Positions 9,687-20,249 of a stretch of DNA of 64,000 nt are shown here, piece after piece. The first letter of the stretch is position 1; every line of letters starts with the position of its first letter. Under the pieces are notes generated by a model. That model had not been told where the DNA came from, did no database searches, and was given only the letters and a program-made list of their open reading frames with translations. Location of the stretch: the NCBI GenBank assembly GCA_947258755.1, contig CAMYJO010000004.1, positions 35,550 to 99,549 on the forward strand. The letters are read 5' to 3'. Source of the DNA: an uncultured Gammaproteobacteria bacterium (GTDB lineage Bacteria; Pseudomonadota; Gammaproteobacteria; JAADHQ01). The translations under genes were made by a program, and so were the position numbers.

Positions 9687-10919
9687 CTAGAGCCGACCGC
9701 GTTGATCCTGCAGGGAAAATCCCGGCAAGCTGGCCTCGACACCCTTACCCAGGGCCATGACCTTGAAGCGCTCGCCCATCTCACCGGGCATGGTCAGGGT
9801 CTTGACCTGCTGCGCGAAGGCCAGCAGCGCCTGCTGCGAGACTTGCTCGGGATCAGGCATCATGTCTTGCAGGCCATTCTCGAGCAGAAATCCGCTCTGC
9901 GTGCCGTAGCCCAATAAATCCATACCCTGCTTGTTCCCGGCCTCGGCCACCGCCGTGAAATCGACATAGGCGGTAATATCCTGCAAGCCGATATAACGCA
10001 AGGGCTCATCATGGGCACGATGACGGAAGTGACACATCAAGGTCCCCCGGTTGCGTTGCGGATGATAATACTCGGGGCGTCCATAGCCATAATCGATCAG
10101 CAACACCACACCCTGATCCATGAATTCAGCCACTGATGCCAACCAGGCCCCTTGCGCCAATGACAACTCGGACTCATAGTCATCCGGCAAGGTCACTGCG
10201 GTAGTTTGCTGGATATGATCAACCGCCTGCCTGAGCGCCGCATCGGCAGCCATTGGCTGCAACACAAATTGCTTCTCGGCCTCAGACCAGGTGACACCCA
10301 GTGCATGGATAGTAGAATCCTCTATGCGAAAGCGTTGCACCGGCATCGCATCCAACAACTCATTGCCCAGGACCATGCCGCGAAAACCCGGCTCGGGTAG
10401 AGTATTCAGCCACTTTACGCGTTCAAGCAGGTGCGGTACCGAGGCCTGCAAGGTCTGGCGCTGACGTTGTTGTAACTCGGCACTGAGCTCCATAATAAAG
10501 TATGCCGACGGCAATGCATTCTGCGCTTCCAACTCCTGCAAAATATCGGCCGCCATGCGGCCACTGCCGGCACCAAACTCGAGGATATTATCGGCGCTGA
10601 TCGCGGTCAGTGCTTGTTTGCAAAAATGTGCCAGGCAGCGCCCGAACAAGGGCGAGATTTCGGGAGCGGTAATAAAATCACCCTGCTCGCCAAATTTACG
10701 CAAGCCGGATGCGTAGTAACCCAGACCAGGCTCATACAAAGCCATTTGCATGAAGTGCTCAAAGCCGATGACACCGTCGTTGGTCGCTATTGCGTCGCGA
10801 ATCACAGCCTGCAGTGCTTCGCTTTGTACTTGCATGCTTTCATCGATCGCCGGCAGTTGCGTACGCTCATGCTCGATGGACGCCAGCCTGCTGCGAAAAT
10901 CTTCTGGTTTATCTGTCAT
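9687..10919 (-). CDS. MidA/NDUFAF7-family SAM-dependent methyltransferase
   Basis: GDFITAPEIS, EFGAGSG, NELLDAMP, IDYG, QDITAYVDF. Confidence 0.9.
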   Translation of the reverse strand: MTDKPEDFRSRLASIEHERTQLPAIDESMQVQSEALQAVIRDAIATNDGVIGFEHFMQMALYEPGLGYYASGLRKFGEQGDFITAPEISPLFGRCLAHFCKQALTAISADNILEFGAGSGRMAADILQELEAQNALPSAYFIMELSAELQQRQRQTLQASVPHLLERVKWLNTLPEPGFRGMVLGNELLDAMPVQRFRIEDSTIHALGVTWSEAEKQFVLQPMAADAALRQAVDHIQQTTAVTLPDDYESELSLAQGAWLASVAEFMDQGVVLLIDYGYGRPEYYHPQRNRGTLMCHFRHRAHDEPLRYIGLQDITAYVDFTAVAEAGNKQGMDLLGYGTQSGFLLENGLQDMMPDPEQVSQQALLAFAQQVKTLTMPGEMGERFKVMALGKGVEASLPGFSLQDQRGRL

Positions 10920-10993
10920 CTGCCTGGACTATCCTGTAACTACCCGCGCATGGATTTTTAAGGTAAAGTGGAGCCAGTGTCCTATTGCGGAGC

Positions 10994-11746
10994 ATGATCT
11001 TGCTTGAACCACTTGAAAATAAAACTGTATTAATCACCGGTGCCGCCCACCGCATCGGCGCGCATATGGCTAAAACCCTGCACCAACAGGGCGCTAATAT
11101 AGTACTTCATTACCGAAACAGCAAAGATACCGCTGAGTTATTACAATCAGAACTGCATGAACTGCGCCCTAACTCTGTATTTCTGGTCCAGGGTGACCTG
11201 CTTGATACTGCCACCATCACTCATATCATTGAACAGACAATACAACAGACCGGACAGCTGGATGTGCTGATCAACAATGCTTCGTCATTTTATCCAACCC
11301 CGGTGGGCAGTGTCAGCGAACAGCAATGGGACGACCTCGTTGGCACCAATATGAAAGCACCGTTCTTCCTGTCCCAGGCAGCCGCACCGTATCTGAAAAA
11401 ATCACAGGGCTGTATCGTCAGTATTGTCGATATCCATGCCGACCGTCCTCTGCGCCAATATCCGGTGTACAGTATGGCCAAGGCCGGCCTGGTGATGATG
11501 ACACGCGCACTGGCCTGCGAACTGGGCCCTGAGGTGCGCGTCAACGCCATCGCCCCGGGTGCTATCATGTGGCCGGACACCGATATGGATGAGGTCACAC
11601 GCGAAAAAATTATTTCCCGCACCTTTCTGAAGAGAAAGGGCGATCCACATGACATCGCCAAGACCGCCTTATTCCTGATCAAAGATGCCACCTATATGAG
11701 TGGCCAGGTACTGACGGTTGATGGCGGCCGCTCACTGAACTCGTAA
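10994..11746 (+). CDS. folM: pteridine reductase (FolM-like SDR)
   Basis: TGAAHRIG, NNAS.F, YSMAK; next to folK/folB. Confidence 0.8.
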   Translation: MILLEPLENKTVLITGAAHRIGAHMAKTLHQQGANIVLHYRNSKDTAELLQSELHELRPNSVFLVQGDLLDTATITHIIEQTIQQTGQLDVLINNASSFYPTPVGSVSEQQWDDLVGTNMKAPFFLSQAAAPYLKKSQGCIVSIVDIHADRPLRQYPVYSMAKAGLVMMTRALACELGPEVRVNAIAPGAIMWPDTDMDEVTREKIISRTFLKRKGDPHDIAKTALFLIKDATYMSGQVLTVDGGRSLNS

Positions 11747-11749
11747 CGA

Positions 11750-12265
11750 ATGATGAATACCCACGATAACCCAATCATACTCGACATCGAAGCCTCCGGC
11801 TTTGGCAAAGGCAGCTATCCCATTGAAATCGGCTTCGCTTTACCAGACAAAAGCGCGCACTGCTATCTGGTCACGCCGCAGGAAGACTGGACCCACTGGA
11901 ATCTGGGTGCAGAAGAAGTGCACGGTATCAGCCGTGACATCCTCCAGGAAAAAGGCCAGGCCGTTGATGAAATCGCTGAACAACTAAATCTCTATCTGGG
12001 TAACAAGACGGTCTATAGCGATGGCTGGGGTTATGACCTGAGTTGGATCTCGTTATTATTTGATGCTGCTAATACGTCGATGAATTTTCATATCGAAACA
12101 CTGTACTCACTGCTACACGATGACCAACTGGTGCTATGGGAGAAGACCCGGCGAGACGTTATCGAAGATCTCGGCATCAAGCGCCACCGCGCCAGCTCGG
12201 ATGCACGCATTATCCAGGAAACCTATATTCGTACACGCAACAAACTCAGGGAACAGTCAGCCTGA
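11750..12265 (+). CDS. DEDDh 3'-5' exonuclease-like protein
   Basis: LDIEASG, YPIEIG, HGI, HRASSDA. Confidence 0.75.
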   Translation: MMNTHDNPIILDIEASGFGKGSYPIEIGFALPDKSAHCYLVTPQEDWTHWNLGAEEVHGISRDILQEKGQAVDEIAEQLNLYLGNKTVYSDGWGYDLSWISLLFDAANTSMNFHIETLYSLLHDDQLVLWEKTRRDVIEDLGIKRHRASSDARIIQETYIRTRNKLREQSA

Positions 12266-12267
12266 TG

Positions 12268-12436
12268 CCTGTAGGAGCGGCGCCCCCGCCGCGATAAACG
12301 AAGCCTCGATAATCAAAACCTCTCGACCGTTTAGTGCATTTGTGATTTTCAGGCATTGATCGAATCGATAGAATGAAAGATACCTTTGGCTGCAAGGCTC
12401 CGTTTTTATCGCGGCGGGGGGCGCCGCTCCTACAGG
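12268..12436. repeat. GTAG-family REP doublet (REPIN)
   Basis: CCTGTAGGAGCGGCGCCCCCGCCGCGATAAA with inverted partner at 12405-12436, between convergent genes. Confidence 0.8.
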
Positions 12437-12469
12437 GGATTAACGATTAAGACAGATTTCAGACCCCAG

Positions 12470-12961
12470 TCAGGCCAAATCCAGATCCACCACCGTCATC
12501 GCCTCCTTCGGCTCAAACTCCTGCCAAAGTTCATGCATGGTTTTGTCTAACTCGGGATGAACAAGATCAGGCACCAATTCAGCCAGTGGCCTGAGCACGA
12601 AAGCATAGCGGGTAATCTCATCACGCGGCACATCGAGCCCCCTATCCTTCAGGATCAAATCGTCATACAACAACAGGTCAACATCCAGGGTACGTGAACT
12701 AAAGCGCTCACCTTCGCGTACCCGACCATGATCGGACTCTATCTGGCGAAAGATCGGCGCCAGATCCTGAGGAGGATGCTCAGTGTGAAAACCAACAACA
12801 AGGTTGTAGAAGTTATCACCACTAAAACCAACCGCTTTGTTTTCATAGACCGCGGATATCTGCAATTCACCAAAACGTTCATGTAAGGCATGCAGACAGG
12901 AAAGGATATTGTTACGTCGATCAACGTTGCTGCCGATGCTGACATAGACCATCGCCATCAT
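12470..12961 (-). CDS. folK: 2-amino-4-hydroxy-6-hydroxymethyldihydropteridine diphosphokinase
   Basis: IGSN, FYN, RTLDVDLL, AFVLRPL. Confidence 0.92.
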   Translation of the reverse strand: MMAMVYVSIGSNVDRRNNILSCLHALHERFGELQISAVYENKAVGFSGDNFYNLVVGFHTEHPPQDLAPIFRQIESDHGRVREGERFSSRTLDVDLLLYDDLILKDRGLDVPRDEITRYAFVLRPLAELVPDLVHPELDKTMHELWQEFEPKEAMTVVDLDLA

Positions 12962-13326
12962 TATGCCTGTTGCGGCCGTGTGCCGCGTTCGATAATGATG
13001 CCGACACCACGGGCACCCGTGATCGCACCGAGTTTGTTCAGGGTCAGCCTGAGCCAGGGCACATCAAATTCCTGCAATATGATTTCGGCGACGCGCTCGG
13101 CCAGCGTTTCAACCAACTCGAACTTGCTGTCTTCAACAAAACCGATAACGCGTTTGGCCACGGCCTTGTAGTTCAGCGTATCATCGATGTGATCACTACT
13201 GGCAGCCTTGCGTATATCAGTAGCCATCTCGATATCAAACACCACCTTTTGCTTGATCTTCTTTTCCCAGTCATAGATGCCGATAACGGTATCGATTTCC
13301 AGAGCTTGTAAAAAAATTATATCCAT
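12961..13326 (-). CDS. folB: dihydroneopterin aldolase
   Basis: IGIYDWE, LNY, LVETLAE, K.GA. Confidence 0.93.
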   Translation of the reverse strand: MDIIFLQALEIDTVIGIYDWEKKIKQKVVFDIEMATDIRKAASSDHIDDTLNYKAVAKRVIGFVEDSKFELVETLAERVAEIILQEFDVPWLRLTLNKLGAITGARGVGIIIERGTRPQQA

Positions 13327-13473
13327 GACGAATCCAGTTGTTATTAATTAATGCCGTCAATAGCGGGTCATATGAACTTTGTTCAGGCAATATAACGATT
13401 TAAGCTCGTCGATGCCAGTTATGCCGACAGATAGGCCTTGACCTGATCTGTGCTTACGGTTCCAATATGCCTC

Positions 13474-14064
13474 ATGCTTTCGATGTTAACAGATCATTAC
13501 TTGTGGTTATTATTTGGTTATTTACTTGGCTCGGTATCGAGTGCCATTATCGCCTGCCACCTGGCCGGACTACCGGACCCACGTACACAAGGTTCCGGCA
13601 ACCCGGGGGCCACCAATGTGCTCAGGGTGGGCGGTAAGAAAATAGCCGCACTGACCTTGGCCGGCGATATGCTCAAAGGGGTGATACCGGTACTGTTAGC
13701 CAAGTGGTATGGCGCCGACCTTGATCTGCAAATCAGCATTGGCCTGTGCACCTTCCTCGGTCACCTGTATCCAATATTCTTCAGGTTCAAGGGCGGCAAG
13801 GGTGTGGCGACCGCAATCGGTGTGCTGGTGACCGCAGCCTGGCCGGTCGGCCTCGGTACCGTAGCGACCTGGTTGTTTGTCGCCAAGGGGATGCGCATTT
13901 CTTCTCTGGCGGCGCTGATAGCGTTCCTGCTAACGCCGTTCTATGCCTGGTGGTGGCAACCGGATCAGGGCTATTTCCTAACCCTGGTCACATTGATGTC
14001 GATCCTGTTGTTCTGGCGTCATCGCAGCAATATCCGCAAACTGCTCGCCGGCACCGAGGCCTGA
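13474..14064 (+). CDS. plsY: glycerol-3-phosphate acyltransferase
   Basis: GSGNPGATN, FKGGKGVAT, HRSNI; start codon approximate. Confidence 0.93.
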   Translation: MLSMLTDHYLWLLFGYLLGSVSSAIIACHLAGLPDPRTQGSGNPGATNVLRVGGKKIAALTLAGDMLKGVIPVLLAKWYGADLDLQISIGLCTFLGHLYPIFFRFKGGKGVATAIGVLVTAAWPVGLGTVATWLFVAKGMRISSLAALIAFLLTPFYAWWWQPDQGYFLTLVTLMSILLFWRHRSNIRKLLAGTEA

Positions 14065-14069
14065 TCCGC

Positions 14070-15083
14070 TTACAGGGCCTCAAGCTCCTGTAGCTTCCAG
14101 CGCGGCCGGGCCTCAATCTCAACATCGGCATGTTGCCCAGCCTGTAGTCGCAGGTGGCCGGCATAGGCGATCATCGCGCCATTATCGGTACAGAATTCCA
14201 GGCGAGGATAATACACTCTGGCCCGCTCATCGGCGCCCAGTTTGTCCAGGCGTTGACGCAGACGGCTATTGGCACTGACGCCCCCCGAAACCACCAGACG
14301 TTGCAGCCCGGTTTGCTGCAGGGCTCGCCGACACTTGATGGCCAGGGTTTCAACCACGGCCTCCTGGAAGGCGTGGGCGATATCGGCTTTGTCCTGATCG
14401 CCCTTGGAGGAGGCATTAAAGGTATTCAGGGCATAGGTCTTGAGGCCACTGAAGCTGAAATCCAGGCCCGGACGGTCGGTCATCGGCCGTGGGAACGTGT
14501 AATGTCCCGGCCGCCCCTGCTCTGCCAACCTCGCCAGTTCCGGCCCACCCGGGTACGGCAAACCAAGCATTTTTGCTGTTTTATCAAAAGCTTCACCAAC
14601 GGCATCATCAACGCTGTCGCCCAACAATTGATATTGGCCGACCGCATCGACCTGGATCAGCATGCTGTGGCCGCCCGAGACCAGCAAGGCAATAAACGGA
14701 AACGCCGGTGGCTCGGCCTCGAGCATCGGCGCCAGCAGATGGCCCTCCATGTGGTGCACCGGAATCGCCGGCAGGCCCAGGGTCCAGGCCAGCGAACGCC
14801 CGATCGAGGCCCCGACCAGCAGCGCACCGACCAACCCGGGACCGGCTGTGTAGGCGACCCCATCGAGATCGCTCAAGGCCAGGCCAGTTTGACTTAAAAG
14901 CTGATTAATCAAAGGGATAGTCTTGCGTATATGGTCGCGAGAGGCGAGCTCGGGGACCACCCCGCCGTAGTCTGCATGCAGCTTGATCTGGCTGTACAAG
15001 ACATGCCCAAGCAGACCGTCCTGGCCATCATAGATCGCCACCCCGGTCTCGTCGCATGATGATTCAATACCTAAAACACGCAT
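14070..15083 (-). CDS. tsaD: tRNA threonylcarbamoyltransferase
   Basis: [36 protein letters not shown]; start moved to ATG 15083. Confidence 0.95.
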   Translation of the reverse strand: MRVLGIESSCDETGVAIYDGQDGLLGHVLYSQIKLHADYGGVVPELASRDHIRKTIPLINQLLSQTGLALSDLDGVAYTAGPGLVGALLVGASIGRSLAWTLGLPAIPVHHMEGHLLAPMLEAEPPAFPFIALLVSGGHSMLIQVDAVGQYQLLGDSVDDAVGEAFDKTAKMLGLPYPGGPELARLAEQGRPGHYTFPRPMTDRPGLDFSFSGLKTYALNTFNASSKGDQDKADIAHAFQEAVVETLAIKCRRALQQTGLQRLVVSGGVSANSRLRQRLDKLGADERARVYYPRLEFCTDNGAMIAYAGHLRLQAGQHADVEIEARPRWKLQELEAL

Positions 15084-15214
15084 ATTTGGCCCTATTTTCT
15101 CCAGATTATCAAAAAATTGCTTTAATTTTTGCAGGTGTGGCTGTATTATTGCCTGCTCCGTCCACAAGGGCGGATTTTTTAACGCTATCACAATTAGCCA
15201 AGGTAACTAAGTTT

Positions 15215-15430
15215 ATGCCAAACGTACGAGTCCGTGACAACGAACCTTTTGATATTGCACTGCGTCGCTTCAAACGCGCCTGTGAAAAGGCGGGTGTTCT
15301 TTCCGAAGTTCGCCGTCGTGAATTTTATGAGAAGCCTACTGCAGAACGCAAGCGCAAACAGGCTGCTGCCGTTAAGCGTCACCAGAAAAAGATTTTTCGT
15401 TCCAATGCCCGCAGGGTGCGCATGTATTAA
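15215..15430 (+). CDS. rpsU: 30S ribosomal protein S21
   Basis: [21 protein letters not shown]...REFYEKP, 71 aa from ATG 15215. Confidence 0.96.
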   Translation: MPNVRVRDNEPFDIALRRFKRACEKAGVLSEVRRREFYEKPTAERKRKQAAAVKRHQKKIFRSNARRVRMY

Positions 15431-15489
15431 GCAATGCCTGGTACGTCGACTGTCGGAGCCTTCCTGCAGTCACAACAGAATACAACGCC

Positions 15490-15939
15490 ATGCCACTTAA
15501 ACAGCAAATTACCGAAGACATGAAAAATGCCATGCGTTCCGGCGACAAGCCGCGCCTGGCTACCGTTCGCCTTATCCTGGCAGCCATCAAACAAATCGAA
15601 GTGGATGAAAGGATCGATGATATCACCGACGAGCGCGTGCTTGCAGTCCTCGATAAGATGGCCAAGCAACGCCGTGAATCCATTAGCCAGTTTGAAAAAG
15701 CCGAGCGAAATGATCTGGTCGACATCGAAAAGGCCGAACTAAAAATCATCCAGGAATTCCTGCCCGCCGCGCTGGATGACAGTGAAATTGCCGACATGAT
15801 TGCCGCGGCCATGAGCGAAACCGGTGCCAGCAGCATCAAGGACATGGGTAAGGTCATGGGCATGCTCAAACCCAAACTGCAAGGCCGCGCCGATATGGGT
15901 AAGGTTAGTGGCCTTATCAAAGCCAAGCTGTCCGCTTGA
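15490..15939 (+). CDS. GatB/YqeY domain protein
   Basis: KQRRESI, KDMGKVMG, GRAD; usual position between rpsU and dnaG. Confidence 0.9.
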   Translation: MPLKQQITEDMKNAMRSGDKPRLATVRLILAAIKQIEVDERIDDITDERVLAVLDKMAKQRRESISQFEKAERNDLVDIEKAELKIIQEFLPAALDDSEIADMIAAAMSETGASSIKDMGKVMGMLKPKLQGRADMGKVSGLIKAKLSA

Positions 15940-15946
15940 CCTTGAT

Positions 15947-16032
15947 GTAGCTGGTTGCTAGTGGCTAGTAGCTAGGAAAATCAACTACCACCTCTGTTTT
16001 TCCCTAGCTACTAGCCACTCGCTACTAGCTAC
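15947..16032. repeat. inverted array of CTAG-containing heptamers
   Basis: TAGCTGG TTGCTAG TGGCTAG TAGCTAG ... CTAGCTA CTAGCCA CTCGCTA CTAGCTA. Confidence 0.7.
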
Positions 16033-16101
16033 GTTCAAAAAGCGAAATAATGTCAAAGCACCCCCCTTGTACCTTTTCCCTTCACCCTTTAATCTGAAGT
16101 T

Positions 16102-17868
16102 ATGGGCCGCATCCCGCAATCATTCATTGATGAACTATTAAACCGTATCGATATCGTTGATGTCATCGATGCGCGTGTGCCGCTGAAAAAGGCCGGTAGT
16201 AACTACAAGGCCTGCTGTCCTTTTCACACCGAAAAAACCCCGTCGTTTACCGTCAGCCAGCCAAAGCAGTTTTATCATTGCTTTGGTTGTGGCGCGCACG
16301 GCACCGCGATCAGCTTCTTGATGGAATATGACCGTCTGGACTTCGTCGATGCGATCGAAGACCTGGCGCAGCAGGCCGGACTTGAAGTCGAGCGTGAGCA
16401 AGGCAGCAGCCAGCCACAACAACGCGAAGATAATCTTTACGACATCATGCAACAGGCTGCAGACTTTTATAAACAACAGCTACGCTCGCATCCACAAGCG
16501 CAGCAGGCGGTAGACTACTTGAAGCAACGCGGCATGAGTGGCGAAATAGCCGCCGAGTTCGGCGTCGGCTATGCGCCACCAGGCTGGGACAATCTGATCA
16601 AGGCCCTGGGTAAGGATGAAGCCGCGCGCAAACAACTGGCGCGCGCCGGCATGGCGATTGAGCATGACAACAAGGGCCCCTACGATCGTTTTCGTGAGCG
16701 CATTATGATCCCGATCACGGACCGGCGCGGGCGCATTATCGCCTTTGGTGGTCGCATTCTGTCCAGCGAAGATGAACACGGACCCAAATACCTGAACTCT
16801 CCGGAAACCCCTATTTTTCACAAGGGGCGTGAATTGTACGGACTGTATGAAGCCCGTAAGGCAATCAGAAACCCGCAAAAACTGCTGGTTGTTGAAGGCT
16901 ATATGGATGTCCTGGCGCTGGCGCAATTCGACATACGTTATGCCGTTGCCACCCTCGGTACGGCGACCACCAAAGAGCACCTGGAAACATTGTTTCGCGT
17001 TGTGCCGCGCATCATCTTTTGTTTTGACGGCGACCGCGCCGGACGTGAGGCCGCCTGGCGCGCGCTGGAAAATGCCCTGCCGGTGATGCACGAGGGGCGC
17101 GAGGCTGCCTTCCTGTTCCTACCCGACGGCGAGGACCCGGATAGCCTGGTCAGGCAGGAGGGGCGTGAGGCCTTCGAGCAACGCGTTGATCAGGCCATGC
17201 CGTTATCACGCTTTTTACTGGATCAACTATCACAACAAGTGGACCTGGATAGTATCGACGGTCGTGCCCGCCTGGTGGAATTGAGCCGGCCCATGCTAAA
17301 CCGCGTGCCGGACAAGGTCTTCCGTCATATGATGTACACCCAGCTCGAACGTACGGTCGGCATGAAGACCGGGCAACTACAACAGCTTGTTGAGCAGGAT
17401 GGCACAGCGCAAACTATTCCTACCCCGAATAGACGCCCCGCCAAACCAGGCAAAAACTCACCCATTCGGCAGGCCATCAACCTGATTGTGCAAAAACCAG
17501 CCTTGGCGGCAAACATAGCAGAGGCGGCCTTTCTGCAGGACCTGGATCTGCCCGGTGCAAAACTCTTACATGAATTGCTTGAAATTGTCCGTAACGATCC
17601 CCAGATTAATACCGCAGCCCTGCTGGAACGATGGCGCGACAAGCCGGAGCAGGTACACCTGATGAAACTGGCTGAAAACCAGCTACCCGGTGATGATCAG
17701 GGGCTGGAAGAAGAGCTGCAAGACATCATTCTTTACCTGCAAAGGCAATTAAAGATGCAGCGTTGGCATTTTCTGCAAGAAAAACTGACCTTCTCTGGGC
17801 TGGATGAAGAGGAACTTATTGAGTGGAATCAATTACTTAATGAAAACAACGCGCCCCAGGACAAATAA
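16102..17868 (+). CDS. dnaG: DNA primase
   Basis: CPFH...CFGC zinc finger, KYLNSPET, VEGYMDV, FDGD Toprim. Confidence 0.97.
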   Translation: MGRIPQSFIDELLNRIDIVDVIDARVPLKKAGSNYKACCPFHTEKTPSFTVSQPKQFYHCFGCGAHGTAISFLMEYDRLDFVDAIEDLAQQAGLEVEREQGSSQPQQREDNLYDIMQQAADFYKQQLRSHPQAQQAVDYLKQRGMSGEIAAEFGVGYAPPGWDNLIKALGKDEAARKQLARAGMAIEHDNKGPYDRFRERIMIPITDRRGRIIAFGGRILSSEDEHGPKYLNSPETPIFHKGRELYGLYEARKAIRNPQKLLVVEGYMDVLALAQFDIRYAVATLGTATTKEHLETLFRVVPRIIFCFDGDRAGREAAWRALENALPVMHEGREAAFLFLPDGEDPDSLVRQEGREAFEQRVDQAMPLSRFLLDQLSQQVDLDSIDGRARLVELSRPMLNRVPDKVFRHMMYTQLERTVGMKTGQLQQLVEQDGTAQTIPTPNRRPAKPGKNSPIRQAINLIVQKPALAANIAEAAFLQDLDLPGAKLLHELLEIVRNDPQINTAALLERWRDKPEQVHLMKLAENQLPGDDQGLEEELQDIILYLQRQLKMQRWHFLQEKLTFSGLDEEELIEWNQLLNENNAPQDK

Positions 17869-17964
17869 CATAGTTCTGGATATAAACGCCTACTTATATT
17901 AGACTGTTAGATTACATTTTTGTTTAATGGCGTACTTTGCCCCCGAACTATGAAGTATTGACTC

Positions 17965-19827
17965 GTGAGTGAAATGAATCAGGAAAAAATCAACGATAAA
18001 GGCCATGATAAGCAGTCCAGGCTTAGGATGCTTATTGCCAAAGGTAAGGAAAAAGGCTTTCTGACCTATCGGGAAGTGAACGATCACTTGCCCAATGAAA
18101 TTGTTGACCCTGACCAGATCGAGGAGATCATCAGCGTCATCACGGAAATGGGTATATCCGTACATGAAACGGCCCCAGATGCCGACACCCTGCTGATGCA
18201 CCAGGGCAATAAAGAAACCGACGAAGATGCGGCTGAAGAAGCTGCGGCCGCCCTGGCCTCGGTAGAAGGCGATTTCGGCCGTACTACCGATCCCGTGCGT
18301 ATGTATATGCGCGAAATGGGCACGGTTGAACTGCTGACCCGTGAAGGCGAGATCAAGATCGCCAAACGTATCGAGGCCGGTCAGAAACAGGTCCTCGAGG
18401 CGCTCGCCAGTTATCCGTCCACAATTACCCATATTCTGGCCGTTTATGACGCCATCATCGCGGAAGAAACCCGTATCACCGACCTGATTACCGGTTTTGT
18501 TGACCCCGATGAAGACGATAATTTTCCACCGCCAGCCGCCCAGGCACCGGCCAAAGATAGCACCGAGGCCGCCGACAGCGATGATGATGAGGAAGAAGAA
18601 GTCGTCGATACCGGTCCAGATCCGGAAGAGGTTGCCAGTCGCTTTGCCGATTTGAAAAAATTATATGGTAAATACCAGACTGTCGCCAAGAAGCATGGCT
18701 CCGCTGACGAACGATCACTGAAACAATTCGACAAGGCCATTGAAGTGTTTATGCAGTTCAAGCTGGCGCCCAAGGTCATCGACAGATTACTGACCGACCT
18801 GCGCAGCATGGTCCAGCGTATCCGCAAGCACGAACGTGTGATCATGGATATCTGCGTGCAAAAGGCACATATGCCGCGCAAGGAATTCATTACCTCGTTC
18901 CCGGACAATGAAACCGATATCAATTGGCTCGACCAACAGATCAAGGCCGGACAGAAATATTCGCCCGTACTGGAAGAATATGCTGACGAGATCCGTATCG
19001 CGCAAAAGAAATTGTTGAAAATACAGGACGAGACCGGCCTCAGTATTAAAGAGATCAAGGACATCAATCGTCGCATGTCAATCGGTGAGGCCAAGTCACG
19101 CCGCGCGAAAAAGGAAATGGTTGAAGCCAATCTGCGACTGGTTATCTCGATCGCAAAGAAATACACCAACCGTGGCCTGCAATTCCTTGACCTGATCCAG
19201 GAAGGTAATATTGGCCTGATGAAGGCCGTCGACAAGTTCGAGTACCGCCGTGGTTACAAGTTCTCGACCTATGCGACCTGGTGGATTCGCCAGGCGATCA
19301 CGCGTTCGATTGCCGACCAGGCGCGCACCATCCGTATCCCGGTACATATGATCGAGACCATCAACAAGCTCAATCGTATCGCCCGCCAGATGCTGCAGGA
19401 AATGGGACGTGAACCCACACCAGAAGAACTGGCCGAACGCATGGAAATGCCGGAAGACAAAATCCGCAAGGTATTAAAGATCGCCAAGGAGCCGATTTCG
19501 ATGGAAACACCGATCGGTGATGACGAAGACTCACATCTGGGTGATTTCATCGAAGACCTGAATGTCATGTCGCCATCCGATTCCGCCAACTCGGAAGGAC
19601 TGCGCGAAGCCACGCATTATGTACTGACCGGCCTGACCCCGCGTGAAGCCAAGGTCCTGCGCATGCGTTTTGGTATCGACATGAATACCGACCATACGCT
19701 GGAAGAGGTCGGCAAACAGTTCGACGTAACCCGTGAGCGTATCCGTCAGATCGAAGCCAAGGCCCTGCGCAAGCTGCGTCATCCTTCGCGTTCAGAAGCA
19801 CTGCGTAGCTTTCTCGACCTGGAATGA
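17965..19827 (+). CDS. rpoD: RNA polymerase sigma factor RpoD
   Basis: [33 protein letters not shown], region 4 TRERIRQIE. Confidence 0.98.
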   Translation: MSEMNQEKINDKGHDKQSRLRMLIAKGKEKGFLTYREVNDHLPNEIVDPDQIEEIISVITEMGISVHETAPDADTLLMHQGNKETDEDAAEEAAAALASVEGDFGRTTDPVRMYMREMGTVELLTREGEIKIAKRIEAGQKQVLEALASYPSTITHILAVYDAIIAEETRITDLITGFVDPDEDDNFPPPAAQAPAKDSTEAADSDDDEEEEVVDTGPDPEEVASRFADLKKLYGKYQTVAKKHGSADERSLKQFDKAIEVFMQFKLAPKVIDRLLTDLRSMVQRIRKHERVIMDICVQKAHMPRKEFITSFPDNETDINWLDQQIKAGQKYSPVLEEYADEIRIAQKKLLKIQDETGLSIKEIKDINRRMSIGEAKSRRAKKEMVEANLRLVISIAKKYTNRGLQFLDLIQEGNIGLMKAVDKFEYRRGYKFSTYATWWIRQAITRSIADQARTIRIPVHMIETINKLNRIARQMLQEMGREPTPEELAERMEMPEDKIRKVLKIAKEPISMETPIGDDEDSHLGDFIEDLNVMSPSDSANSEGLREATHYVLTGLTPREAKVLRMRFGIDMNTDHTLEEVGKQFDVTRERIRQIEAKALRKLRHPSRSEALRSFLDLE

Positions 19828-19849
19828 TCTTCGGCTCTAGTATCTGAAA

Positions 19850-19882
19850 AAAAGAAAGGGCGCATAATGCGCCCTTTCTTTT
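19850..19882 (+). terminator. intrinsic terminator after rpoD
   Basis: AAAAGAAAGGGCGCA-TAA-TGCGCCCTTTCTTTT. Confidence 0.8.
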
Positions 19883-19894
19883 CACTCCTCTCAC

Positions 19895-19966
19895 TGTAGG
19901 AGCGGCCCTTGGCCGCGATATGGATTCAGAATCTTGCGGCAATCGCGGCCAAGGGCCGCTCCCACA
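19895..19966. repeat. GTAG-family REP doublet
   Basis: TGTAGGAGCGGCCCTTGGCCGCGAT ... ATCGCGGCCAAGGGCCGCTCCCACA. Confidence 0.8.
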
Positions 19967-20139
19967 ACAGAATTCAACCGTTTAAATTCCCCCTTCACTG
20001 ATAACACAATCCGAGAAAACCCCTATCCTCGCAAGCAACTCGTCCCTAGCCACATGACGGCAGCCACACCCAAGATAGGGGCGGACAAGCCATTATTAAA
20101 CTATCGAAAAAAATATAAATTGTGTAAAATAGCCGTCAT

Positions 20140-20241
20140 CACGGGCCTGTAGCTCGTCGCTCCCGACCATCCGTGGTCTTCGCGCCATAAGGCCATCCAT
20201 GGCCAAAAGTTGGTTAGCAAGGAGTCTGAGCTACAGTCCCG
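20140..20241 (+). repeat. duplicated and inverted fragments of the tRNA 5' end in the tRNA leader
   Basis: CACGGGCCTGTAGCTC (20140-20155), 52-bp insert, AGTTGGTTAG (20208-20217); CTGAGCTACAGTCCCG (20226-20241) is 15/16 complementary to 20249-20264. Confidence 0.85.
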
Positions 20242-20249
20242 AAAAACAC

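Noticed and set aside
15056-15214. N-terminal extensions of rpsU and tsaD in the ORF track
   Set aside because: They overlap the divergent promoter region; conserved starts are at 15215 and 15083.
18444-19235. Long antisense ORFs, here opposite rpoD and also opposite tsaD, arsM, the RND permease and ompW
   Set aside because: Shadow frames of confidently identified genes, with no independent motifs.
20143-20241. Second tRNA gene upstream of tRNA-Ile
   Set aside because: Only the first ~23 nt are present, interrupted, with no anticodon arm, T arm or CCA.
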